Source of the DNA: Lepidodermella squamata
Lineage: Eukaryota; Animalia; Gastrotricha
DNA: 64,000 nt
NCBI GenBank assembly: GCA_047495785.1
Contig: JBLDXI010000010.1
Span: forward strand, 992,001-1,056,000
Direction of reading: 5' to 3'
Part shown: piece by piece, positions 23,749-35,019 of the stretch
How the letters are laid out: every line of letters starts with the position of its first letter
Numbering within the stretch: position 1 is the first letter of the stretch
Translations under genes and position numbers: made by a program
Notes under the pieces: model-generated
What the model was told of the DNA's origin: nothing
Seen by the model: only the letters and a program-made list of their open reading frames with translations
Databases searched by the model: none

Positions 23749-24137
23749 AGGTATGGAGATTTAGAAAGTATAAATTAAAGCGGTATTTATTATTGTAAAT
23801 TTAAGTAGTCGGATTTCGCAAAGGATTTCGTATGCATTTGTCCATAGTTTTCATGGAGTCATAATCATAAACGACCCTTGAAGAGAGTATCGTCACGTTC
23901 GCCAATTAATAATCAGAACAGCCAAAACACAGGAATTTTCGGTTTGCACGTTTTACTAATAATTAGCAATTAGCAGTTCTTTATCTCATTATAATAATTC
24001 TATCACGCTAATTTATACGCCTGCGGCCTCTGCGATTGATGGGGGGTTAAGATCGATTCGAGAAAATACCGGCTACAAGCATTTAAAATATTGAAATACC
24101 TCTGAAATATGAAAAAGCGGAAAACAACAATTATACA

Positions 24138-24317
24138 CAGGGTCGCCAAAAAATTGGTCAGTAGGCGAATTCGATGCGCGTCATTTAAATGAGGAGTTTC
24201 AAGAAATTGCGGAATTCCATTGGCAGAAGAATGCTTGAAATTCTACAGCTCCTTAAAACTCCTCATCAAATTGATGCGCATCAAATTCGCTTTCTGACCA
24301 ATTTGTTGGCCACCCTG
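24138..24317. mobile_element. 180-bp palindromic MITE, mariner-like (CAGGGT...ACCCTG)
   Basis: Imperfect arms of about 80 bp form a near-complete hairpin. Followed by TA on the right; the left flank is CA. Confidence 0.75.
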
Positions 24318-24882
24318 TAGTGCCCCGTTATTTTGAATTTTGGATTTGCACATTGAGATTTTCTTAAGGTGACCCAAGGGATTTTATTTCGCGCGAAAAG
24401 AAGGCTGCAATTATTTGGTGCGCTATAAATGCGAGAGGCGCATTCACGTGTAGAACGCGCCAACCAATAGGAGCGAGCGCGCGGAGGAAACACCGGCGGG
24501 CCGGAAAATTTGCTGTTTGGACCAACTTATTTAGAAAATTATATTTTAATTAATTTAATTAATTACCTCATGATAATGATTAATGCAAATAACCCATTTT
24601 TCCAACGTTAAAACCTTAAAATTGAATAATCTGTAGATCATAGGCAAAGTTACCAAGCCAAGTTTACCCTGTCCGGAATTGCCAACCTTACGGTAGCTTT
24701 ATTCCTCGAACATGTAAGCCCAATTCCGCGCCCATATTAGTTCCCCAAGCGTCGGTTGCGTAATTGGAGGGTAAAAGTGGACTGCGCGCAAAACGACTGA
24801 ATATTTAAAGGCAAACGGTGCGAATCAATAACTTTTAAAGTTCGATTGTTACAATGTCATTTATCGATTTTTATCGAGCAAG

Positions 24883-27141
24883 TTAATTTGCATTCGCTTT
24901 CTTAAGAATTTCGATAATTCTTTCCTTATCTTTCGCTGGAATGTGTTTTTTGATAAGTTTAGTGAAGTACAAAGGGGTTCGTCCCTTATAGTCGACAGCA
25001 TTTACATTCGCTCCAAAGTTGTTAACCAGCACATCGACTACAGCAGCATGGCCATGTTCTACCGCTAACATCAACGGCGTCCAGCCATTCTTTTCCCCAG
25101 CATTGACATCGGCATTGAACTTTCCAACCAGCGCCTTCACCACTTCGACGTGGCCATACAGAACGGCAGCGTGCAAAGCCGTAGCACCTGCATCCATGAC
25201 AGCATTGACATTCGCGTTATACCGGCCAGCCAGTGTCTCCACGACTTGAAGGTGACCCTCCAAGGCAGCAGCTTGCAACGCATTTATGCCGTACTTGTTA
25301 GTTGCGTTGACGTCGGTCTCGAACTGGCCGGCAAGTGTTTCAACAATGTCGTTGTAGCCTCTGGCAGCGGCTAGGTACACAAGAGGTACGCCATCCTCAT
25401 CTTTGCAATCGGCACTCAAACCCAGATCTTTGTTAGAAAGCAGCTGTACTAATCTAGGCAGGTCTTTCTTCCCGCACACGCAGTCGATAAGTTCCTATGA
25501 AAGTTATCTTCTCGTTATCTCTGTGATAGCCAATTGAAGGTTGTACCTTGACATCTTTGAGGTCTGGTAAAGAGGCGTGAATTCGCGACTAAAGAAGCAA
25601 AAAAGAATGGAACGTCGAAAAAACAGCAAGCCTTAACAAGTACCTTCTCTTCTTCTCTTTTTCCTGACTCTTTGTTTCCGGTTTTCCACTTGCTAACAGC
25701 TTTGAATAAACCAAGCGAAATATTTTTGAACAGATGCTCTATATCATCGATACTCAGGTCGTTTGGATCTTCGATGTCATTGGCTAGCATGGAAAACTTC
25801 GCTAGAAGTCATAGCTATTTCACTTATGATAGATTACCGATTAATATGCTCCAAATCTTCGCGTTCATTTCGGTATTTTCGCAAATCGTTTCTCGTAAGG
25901 CTAAGGGGTCCTGACAAAATATTGTGGTTGCCATTATGAACACGTCTTCTTTGAAGTTGTCACCGGATTATTTGGTTTTAGGTCGTCCTTCATGTTGCCT
26001 GGTGTTGATTTGGCGTCAGTGTCAATCATTTTGTGAAGAAAGCTGCTTTTGTTAAGCTGCGAATCATTCGCTCGACGGGTGATATCCTTTTCAATCATCG
26101 ACATTACGAAATCTCGAAATTCAGTGGAATAGCCACGGGATTCGTCGAAATCTTTAGGAGGCTTCCTGATTAGAGCAACCAGTCAATTTCAATTTCATGA
26201 GAAAATGAAGCCTACTGCATGATGACGAATGGACTCTCGAACTGGCGGAATTGAAAAGTCAATTTCCTTATGAATTATTGAAATTTTACTTACTGGTTTC
26301 GTGAAATTCGCTAGTTCGAACAGCGTGACGCCCAGTGACCACCAATCGCTCGCCGGGGTGTACTGCTTGCCGCTTAAAATCTCAGGAGAAGCATAAATCC
26401 AAGTTGCTAAACCCGTGAACGTAGTCCCGGATTCCCTAGAACGCTTCGAAGATATTTTCGCATTGGGAGTATCTCCGGAATCTTACGGATTATATGCCTT
26501 GGCGATACCGAAGTCACCTAGTTTCACGGTTTTGTCATCGCCGCTCAAAAATATGTTTTCCGGCTTGATATCGCGATGAACAATAGCTTTATCGTGCAGA
26601 AACTTGACGGCTGATACAAGTTGACGTGACCAAGTTTGAATCAGGATTTCAGGTATTGGGTGCTCAGCTTTTTGATAGTATCGCAACAAATTACCACCTT
26701 CACAATACTCCATAACAAGGTAATACATCAAATCGCCGTCTCTCCCAATTTCTGAGTCATCACTCTCCTCTGAAAAATACAAGTTTTATGAAGCAGATGG
26801 TGGTATGAGTGGAAAGGCTGTTACCTTCAAAAGCTCCGTAAACTCTGACGATATTCGGATGATTGACTTGAGCCATTTTTATATGCTTTCAGATCAAGAT
26901 GCAATAGGTCTTTATCGAAAAAATCAAATGCTACCTCTTTTCTGGTCATGTCGACCATTTTTTCGGCCAATTCTGGGTTCGCATAGTTTTTACGCAGGAT
27001 TTCTGACAGACTGGCTCCCTTGACAACATAATTCGCGAAATCGTCCTTCCTTCGACAAAACCACGCCGAACCGAAACCACCGCGGCCCAATAAAGCTATC
27101 CTCGTGAACTCAGACATTGATTGATATGGAGAAGAGGCCAT
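24883..27141 (-). CDS. NEK-like Ser/Thr kinase fused to C-terminal ankyrin repeats (single gene, about 10 exons)
   Basis: Splicing short GT-AG introns by hand gives one frame: GRGGFG, VVK, HPNIV, MEYCEGG, HRDIKPENIF, DFG, YASPE, SDWWSLG. A linker including KIWSILIANDIEDPNDLSIDDIEHLFKNISLG follows, then about 5 ANK repeats in the last exon (about 25494-24883). Confidence 0.82.
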
Positions 27142-27300
27142 GTTTTAGGGAGAAAAACGCTTTTCAGCCACGTTTTCTATTTGGGAAAACAAAACCCCTA
27201 AATTAAATCATCAGCAATATATGAATGGGAATGTCTCAAAGATCGATTTCTGCAACGCTGCAAGTTTGTACGGAGTTATTTTCGGTTCTTATCCATTACA

Positions 27301-27750
27301 TGATAATTAGGCCGTAGATAAGAATGAAAGAGATAATGCGGTTTTTGTAAGGTGCTTATCTGACCCTAGAACCGTATTGTCGCGCTTTATCTGTTATAAT
27401 GTCACTATACCTCGCTTCTCGCTTCTGTCTGACATGTCACTATCAAAACTTCTAATGGCAGTGTCATTAAATGATGTTCAATTTTGTTTGCGTGGTGCCG
27501 ATTATTCCGAAACTGCTGAATCTTTCCCAGAGCCATCTGTGAAAGATAAAACCCAGCTGTTACGAAGGCAGACTGGCCTGAATGGCAGCATCGACTAGTA
27601 GACATAGAATGCTCTTTATAGTCCTTTATAGCGAGCGATGAATCATACATCTCTGCATATGATTAAACCTACAATGAACCGGTCAAATCGTGGGCGCATT
27701 TTATCTGAATACAGATAAGGAAACCTAGATAAGAGTTTTTACCTATATAA
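27301..27750. promoter_or_regulatory. GATA-site cluster plus TATA box in the divergent intergenic region between the kinase and the first CYSTM gene
   Basis: About 10 WGATAR matches counted by eye, near 27301, 27316, 27331, 27356, 27387, 27440, 27544, 27701, 27713 and 27727. TATATAA at 27744. Confidence 0.55.
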
Positions 27751-27800
27751 ACATTCACAGGTCACTTGCAAGACTTTTTCATCGCAAATTCATCGCTGTC

Positions 27801-28094
27801 ATGTCAGGATATCCACAAGCTTCAGCTCCTGCTCCGCCACCCTACGGAGCAGCTCCGACTCAAGCTGCTCCATATCAACCATACCAACAGCCGTACGCGC
27901 AACAGCCCTATCCGCAACAAGGCTACCCGGCTACAGCTGCATATCAGCCGCAGACTGTTTACGTTGTGAAAGACGATCACCACCACCATCATCACGATCA
28001 CCATGAAGACGAGGCCGCTGAATGCTGCATGAACGCCTGTCTCCTCACTATGTGCTGCTGCCTATGCGCCTTACTCGGACATCATCATCATTAA
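27801..28094 (+). CDS. CYSTM-like protein 1 (Pro/Gln/Tyr-rich, His tract, Cys-rich C-terminal membrane segment)
   Basis: PPPY, QQPY repeats, QTVYVV, DDHHHHHHDHHEDE, CCMNACLLTMCCCLC. TATA box upstream and AATAAA downstream. Confidence 0.88.
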   Translation: MSGYPQASAPAPPPYGAAPTQAAPYQPYQQPYAQQPYPQQGYPATAAYQPQTVYVVKDDHHHHHHDHHEDEAAECCMNACLLTMCCCLCALLGHHHH

Positions 28095-28506
28095 CCTAAT
28101 CATACATCATGAATTCATTTGGAGCAAATTGTAACGCAGATTGTCACGTTTTTGCGGAATAAATTTATTTGAGAAAAAATTGGTTTACATTTGAAAACCG
28201 GTCACCAATCCTTACATGGCCCTCACTCTTAAGTCTGTAAATTGCATTTCACTCGGGAAGAATGAACTAAGTAATTGTAACTTTAACCTTTTCCGATCAG
28301 CCGTAATGTTGGGCAGTGTGCGAAGAGGGATTCTGAATTCTGAGGTGTTCCTAGATCCTAGAGCCCTGTCTAAGAAACCAAAAGGTTCCTCCTTATTGGT
28401 TTTTTCCATCTTCCCGTGGTTGGCATCTCAGAGCGGGGATGTTACGACGCCCCAGCACCCTGATTTTGGGGCCTATGGAGGTTCGGGGTTGCGTAGCCTT
28501 GATATA

Positions 28507-28915
28507 CCGTAGTTACCGAAATACTATCCCGGGCTTATGCAAAAATGATGCCTCGAAAAATGGGGAAAAGTAGGCTACTATTCAAGGCTAGGCTTCTATT
28601 TGAGATAATGCAACGAAGACCTGACTACAAACTCATCAAATTTGTCATTTTTAGCTATTAGCTAGGTCGTCCAATAGCTGAAAATTAATAATAGTAAGGA
28701 AGGCTACAACGAAAATCATCGTGTATAGCAGATTATTAAATATCTATAGGCATTTTTTGTTTTTAAATACCGCGCCCCAGAGCACAAGTTTAGAACGTGC
28801 CTTAGTATCATAGGCTACTATTCGAGATAGGACTATGCATCGACAAATTTCAATTTACCTGGGCTTCTAAACGAGACAGGCTTCAAAACAAGTGGGGGCT
28901 TATATATCGCTACGG
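28507..28915. mobile_element. Tc2-like MITE (related to 9911-10255)
   Basis: TA-CCGTAG...CTACGG-TA termini, internal GGCTACTATTC(A/G)AG repeats. Confidence 0.65.
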
Positions 28916-29545
28916 TATATGCATGTCATTTGTTGAGTATGTCTATAATAGCTTTAGCAGTCAGTCGTCAGTCTGCGACTGCACCAGTCCAACGGGTGTT
29001 GTATATATCCATCTTAAAGGAAAGCGAGTCTCACTCATAGATAAACAGGAAATAATGGTGCGCTGTGTGTTGCTTGATGAGTGCTGGCAGGGCATAACGG
29101 GAATCAATCTCAAAGGAGTACTAAGATTTACGAAGTTCGAAAATCAACTAATACAAGTCGTTAGATCATCATTGCAACAAACTCCGGAATAGAGATCCTT
29201 CAACCATGCAACAATCAAGTTGATCAGGATTAGTAGTCACCTTGCTTTGAACAGCTTTCTAATCAGTGACACCCAATGCCATTGTAGTGGAAGATCCAAA
29301 GTCCCTAAAGTCCGTTTATTCTTTATATCTTATCTTAATCTTTACTGATAATTCATGGCCATGAAAAGGATATAATGCATATAGTAATGAATGACGATAT
29401 CTGTATTTGAATAAGCGTACAATTCAAGGCTTTGCGGGCAAAATTTATCTTATCTGACTGAAGTAAGGAAATTCGCTAAGAGGACCCAACATTCTCACTT
29501 GAAGAATTTACGTTTCAGAACTTTTTCAACAAATAAAAGACTGCA

Positions 29546-29827
29546 ATGTCTGGATTCCCTCCAGCTACAGCTCCTCCTCCGCCGCCTTACGAAGCTGATC
29601 CGACTAAAATTGCCTACGTGCCCCTTCAGCAGCAACCTGCTTACGTCCAACAGCCCTACCCGCAACAAGCCTATACGACACATAGACCACAGACGGTTGT
29701 AGTTACAAACGATCATCATCACTGCCATAATCACAACGATGAAGAAGAAGACGCTGAATGTTGCGCCACCGCTTGCCTTATGATATTCTGCTGCTGCTTA
29801 TACGTCCTAGCCCATAGTCAACAATAA
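29546..29827 (+). CDS. CYSTM-like protein 2
   Basis: PPPPY, QTVVV, HHHCHNH, ECCATACLMIFCCCLY; clear paralog of 27801. Confidence 0.88.
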   Translation: MSGFPPATAPPPPPYEADPTKIAYVPLQQQPAYVQQPYPQQAYTTHRPQTVVVTNDHHHCHNHNDEEEDAECCATACLMIFCCCLYVLAHSQQ

Positions 29828-29966
29828 ACTAATCAATGAAATTAAGACTTTTTCCAACATTAGAGTGCTAGCAGATATCGATGTTCGTATCAAATTTCCG
29901 GGGGTGGGTGTTTTTTGTCGCTTCACTTATATCTCTGTATACAATTTTTCATCAGAGCGATTTTTC

Positions 29967-30314
29967 ATGGCTTGCAACAAAGTTTTGCCTGAAGATCAGG
30001 CCGATAAGCCTATCGAAGCTCACTTTATTGAGCAGCAGTCATGTGGCAACTATCTCCGTCTGCCAGATGAACTGCCACCACCCTATGAACAACAAAATGA
30101 TGCCGATAAGTCTCAACCTTTCGCGTTACAACCAGGCTACAGCCAGCCGATGCCAATTGCGACTGTAGATCAGCAGCCGCAAGTCGTACTCGTTGTTGTT
30201 CAGACGACAGAGGCTGATCATTATGCTAGGCAGATGGAGCGTGAAACGGCTTGCCTACAAGCTTTGGCTTGTGCGACGTCACTTTTGTGCTGCGTTCTTA
30301 GCATGCTTCGCTAG
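29967..30314 (+). CDS. CYSTM-like protein 3 (115 aa)
   Basis: ATG at 29967; LPPPY, QPQVVLVVV, C-terminal ACLQALACATSLLCCVL. Confidence 0.78.
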   Translation: MACNKVLPEDQADKPIEAHFIEQQSCGNYLRLPDELPPPYEQQNDADKSQPFALQPGYSQPMPIATVDQQPQVVLVVVQTTEADHYARQMERETACLQALACATSLLCCVLSMLR

Positions 30315-30846
30315 GGTCATGCAATATTAGCGGACATCGCAGTGGATACTCAATTATTTGCTGAATTCTTTGAAAGGGCGTTGACATGGTTTTATAATAA
30401 CTTTAAGAATTGAGGTACAACACAGATAATTCCAATTATTTTCGGTGAATTTAGTTCGAATAAATGACTTTGATGTACTTTTTCGTGCTGGCCCGGAATT
30501 TTATTTGAAAGGCACTGTTGCATATCGGACATTTTTTGCAGGGCACCTTAAGATGACCCGTTGTTGCATCGAGTGTCGAGTAGTATTGAACTTTTTAACT
30601 GGATGTAGGATCTTCTGATTTTCTGTAGAATATTCTAGGGCTGAATTATCAGAAGTCGAATCTTACGCTTATCTTTCCCGACATTATCAGGCACTATATG
30701 CGGTTATTCAGCTATGAATAACCACTTTGATAAGAACAACGATAAGCTAGGGTTTATAAGCCCCCATACAAAGCCCGATTTGATCAAACCTTCGAATTGC
30801 TGAACTTAAAAAGAGCTATCCAACTAACAAAGGCATCTGGATCGCA

Positions 30847-31194
30847 ATGGCTTCGAAACCAACGAAAACTATTCCCGATGTGATGTTTGTCGAAAATTGT
30901 GGCTCAACGCAACGGCATGTTTTTGTACCGGGTGCTGATGCTGTGTTACCGCCATCTTACGACGAGGCTATGGGAAACAAAACGAAAAGGCAAGTGCAGC
31001 AGGCTGCTCCAGTGCGTTCACCTAAGAGGGCAGCGCCAGTGCCTGTTTGTAATGTCCCAATTTGCACCCCGAATTGCTCCTCTACCCGTAACGCAAGGCG
31101 TCACATCGATGAAGGCGAAATCGCTGTAAATATTGCGTTCGGAATTGTAGAAGCTGTGACCGTCGGCCTAATTGAGGCCCTGCTTAGCAGATAA
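30847..31194 (+). CDS. Divergent CYSTM-cluster member (PPxY, tail-anchored, Cys-free hydrophobic tail)
   Basis: N-terminus (PDVMFVENCG...LPPSY) resembles protein 3 (EAHFIEQQSCG...LPPPY). Hydrophobic C-terminus; TATA-like and GATA sites upstream, AATAAA downstream. Confidence 0.65.
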   Translation: MASKPTKTIPDVMFVENCGSTQRHVFVPGADAVLPPSYDEAMGNKTKRQVQQAAPVRSPKRAAPVPVCNVPICTPNCSSTRNARRHIDEGEIAVNIAFGIVEAVTVGLIEALLSR

Positions 31195-31584
31195 AGGAAT
31201 ATATTTGCACTTATATACATAACTAGTTCGTAATTGGCCATATCTCCTTTAATATTGAATAAAAATGCAAATTGTAACGTATGGAAGACTTTTGCTTTTT
31301 GCTAATTGGTTATTGGTAGCTGTCACTTTGTGACACATTTGAAACGACATTTCGGGCGAATTTCCATTCATATTTTCCTCCGAAAGTCCTAATTCTTATT
31401 ATCTCTTTCTACTACGATCTGGATCGACATTTTCACCCGATAGGCTAGATTATAGCGTAAGTTTACTTATTGGAAATTGAGTAGGGATAATTGGAAATAC
31501 GTATCATGACACAGTTTCCTGAAATCTTAAATCGTACAAATACTATCCGATTTGCATAGCTAGCGCATAACCTAATACTTTTTC

Positions 31585-31740
31585 ATGGGGCACCGCAGGC
31601 ATCACATCATGGTAGCGCCTTTACAGCCAACAGTGTATGCTGTGGAGCAACCAGTTTACGTAATTCATCACAAGAGACGCCGCAGATTCTTTCTTTGTTT
31701 TGGAGCAGGATGGCTGTGCCTTAGATGCTGGCCTTTTTAA
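31585..31740 (+). CDS. Short CYSTM-like protein 5 (51 aa; not on the ORF track)
   Basis: MGHRRHHIMVAPLQPTVYAVEQPVYVIHHKRRRRFFLCFGAGWLCLRCWPF; aligns with the 32286 ORF. Confidence 0.65.
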   Translation: MGHRRHHIMVAPLQPTVYAVEQPVYVIHHKRRRRFFLCFGAGWLCLRCWPF

Positions 31741-32285
31741 GAAGGCTTCCCTGAACTCTGAAGCTTCGCGCTTCACTGGAAACGTTCGAATTTTCGAATG
31801 AATTTTCGTTGATGTATAACTCGGTTGTGATGCTATGGGATTTTCAATAAAATGATTAATCTAGCCTAGTGATCTAGCCATCGTTAGTAAAAAGGTCATT
31901 CAAGTCGCATTTTGCAAGCTTTTACTTCATTCATTAACATCTGGTTTCATTCGACTTGAGACTACACTGGTGCTGCAAACTATAACAGCATTTTCTATTG
32001 ATTAAGTCGCATACAAGTTCAATATAGGTACATAGGTACATTGTGGAGAGCTTTTTCTCTCCACAAAACTTCCAGATAGCTTAAGGCTTAAGGCTGAATC
32101 GATATATCTTCGTCTGCCTCTCTCCTTGAATTACAGTTTTTTGCGTTTTACTGACGTGGTTTAATTAATGTAAGATTAAATAAGGATGATTGATTAAATC
32201 CTATTTTGGGTTCACTCATACCGTGAGCAGTTCGATATAAATAGTATCAAAAGTTATCTCTTAAAAACGATTTTACCACTGCTTC

Positions 32286-32468
32286 ATGGGCCACCACAAC
32301 AGGGTTGCACCCTATCCTGCACAACCGCCAGTGTATGCTGTCGGCCAGCCAGTTCACGTAACGGTCGTACACACAGAGGACGATCACATAAGCAAAGTCG
32401 GTACTTGCCTTTGTATCGGAGCGGCATGTCTGTGCATCGCAAACTGCCTTTTAAGACTTTTTATCTAA
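32286..32468 (+). CDS. Short CYSTM-like protein 6 (60 aa)
   Basis: QPPVYAVGQPVHVTVV then CLCIGAACLCIANCLLRLFI. TATAAATA at 32236. Confidence 0.78.
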   Translation: MGHHNRVAPYPAQPPVYAVGQPVHVTVVHTEDDHISKVGTCLCIGAACLCIANCLLRLFI

Positions 32469-32954
32469 ACCCTTACATCCCTTGCCTCACCCGATATTTC
32501 CGTTAGAATCGTGTGCGGTTTAAAGACATTTCCGCCGATGACTCCGAGCTCAGATGAGTTTTAGTGAATCACAGAAATAATCCATGAATATGCGAAATAA
32601 AAGTAAAAATAAATTGCTTTGTGCTAACTCTCGATTCAGCCGCTGAATCTTATACAATGAAGTCCGAAGTCGAGCTTACCATTTTCCCCTCACATGTTCT
32701 TCAGTAAGCTTCCAGATTGTGTTAAAGTACTCCAAAAATAAGAAATGCTGTTTATTAGTGCTAATCATTTTCCCTACAAAGTGGCGTGGTGGAATGAAAC
32801 ATCGGATATCGGATAGCAGACACCAGACAAACGTCAAATCCTATTCAGGGCATTGTTATCAGTTACCATAGCAAAAAAAAACATACCAAGAGATAAACCA
32901 CATCTGCGCAGCCCAATTAATGCCACTAAGTTTCTCTCTCAAAGCAATTTCACA

Positions 32955-34652
32955 ATGCAGGCAAGTGTTTTATTGACCACATCAACCGGCGTTTACTCGA
33001 CATCATGGCGCAATTACGCATCTGTCACAGTCGGACCCAGCCAGAGTCTTTACAAAGAACATCTCAAGGCCAAAACCTATGGAGCTGTCGCTAAACCTCA
33101 ACCATCAGAACAAATTACGGCTACTGAGCCGGCAGAAATCCCGAAGGTAGCAGAAGCCCCAAAACCCGAATCGACGAAGCGGCAAAAATACTGGAAAATC
33201 TTCAACTTGGGGCTAATGTCTCTTGTAATCATCGGATATGGTATGTGCTCGTCACTATTCGCCCCATTTTTCCCAACCGAGGCTCAATCTCGTGGCATTT
33301 CAACTACAGTAGTCGGTTTCATCTTCGGAACATTCCCCTTAGTCATGTTTTTCGGCTCGCTAGTCACAGGAGCTGCTGTTCGAGTTCTGGGGCTTAACTT
33401 CATGATAGGCTCCGGAACATTCATGGCCGGTGCCTCGACCTTACTCTTCGGCGTGCTGGATCAATCTCCCCCAGGCGATGCCTATGTCGTACTCTGTTTC
33501 GCAATTCGATTCATCGAAGGAATTGGGGCTAGCCTCTACAACACAGCGGTTTACAGCATTGCATCTCAGCTGTACCCGCACGACATTGCTACTGTCTATG
33601 CAGTTCTAGAAACTTCGAATGGCTTCGGGAAAATGGTCGGTCCAAGTTTGGGCGGTCTTCTTTTCAACCTCGGCGGCTTCTCCCTACCGTTTTACTTCAT
33701 CGGAGCCGCTCTTCTCATTCTCGGGACAGTATCCCAAATCATTATGAGATCAACTCTGGACAGTGGTGAGGGAGAAACGAATCAGAGCACGGAAAATATG
33801 AAGAAGCCTACCTCAGCTGCATTGCCCTGGTCACATTTTTACAAAGCTTCGATTGAAATTTGGCTTCTGACCATAATCATGGTGTCAACATCGGTGATTT
33901 TCGGCTTCCCCCAGCCGACTTTGTCACTCTATTTCGAAGAACTCGGGCTGACTGATCCTGCGACTGTTGGGCTGGTTTTTCTCGGCGGAAGCCTCATGTT
34001 CACCTTACTGTCAGTTTTTGTCGGAAAATTGGCTGATTCATACCCTCGGAAAGTCTATCATGTAAGCCGGGAGGTTTAATTTTCTCAAAGCATCTAATTC
34101 TCTTCTCTCAGTTAATGGGAATAGGCGGGATCTTTCTGGCTGTGAGTCTTCTTTTCTTCGGCCCCGTACCGCCAATTCAAGGCGCAATCGAACCTTCAAT
34201 TGCTCTGACCATTGTTTGCCACATTCTGTTATGCATTGGCGTTGCAATCCTGCTGAACCCTGTTCCATGCGCCATTATGAACGCAGCCCACCGAGTTGGC
34301 TATGCTGATGGTTTGGATACGTCTGCCATGGTTGCTAGTCTATACAATGTAATTTTCAAGCTTTTCAGGGGTGTTTATAGAATTCTTGTTATAATTCTAG
34401 GCACAATGGTTTCTGGGTGGCTTTGCGGGCAGTCCGATTGCTGGAGCGCTTATGGACACGGTTGGCTTCGCATGGGGAGCAGGTGTCATGGCGATCCTAT
34501 CTGTAGTAATAGTCGCTCTATGCATCATCGGCGTCGTAGTTGATGGTGTAGAAGCTTATAGAACGAAACGGCTCTACGACTACGATGTACTTTACACTGA
34601 GCAGCTATCAGAAAGTGTCCGAAGTCATAGACATATTGATGATAAAAAATAG
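32955..34652 (+). CDS. MFS transporter, SLC18B1-like (531 aa)
   Basis: Exons 32955-34061, 34112-34348 and 34401-34652. Motifs SLFAPFFPTEA, RFIEGIG, LETSNGFGKMVGPSLGGLLFNLGGFSLPF are typical of SLC18B1-type transporters; about 12 TM segments. Confidence 0.88.
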
Positions 34653-35019
34653 AAACATCTGAAGCACTAATATAGACTCTGAACTGCTTGAACTGATCGG
34701 TTTTAATTAATTTATCAAGAAAGTTGGAAACGTTATCTTTAGATTACTGATTCAAGAATCATCTTCAGTCTCGCGAATCCAGACAACTTTCTCGCAGCAT
34801 CAAAAGTTTGGTTATAATTTCCGTAATGAGACAACTCTACTATCATCAGGAATCATCAATCGAAATTTAATCAATGCCATGCGAGCTGTCATCGCGTCAC
34901 GTCTGATTAAGAGCGATAACTATCGCCCAGAAAAACTATTAAGGACGACTGTACATCTTTATAATTGAATGCGGTGAATCGAACATTTTGAATCGTCTCT
35001 GCTTCACACTTTTCTAAGA

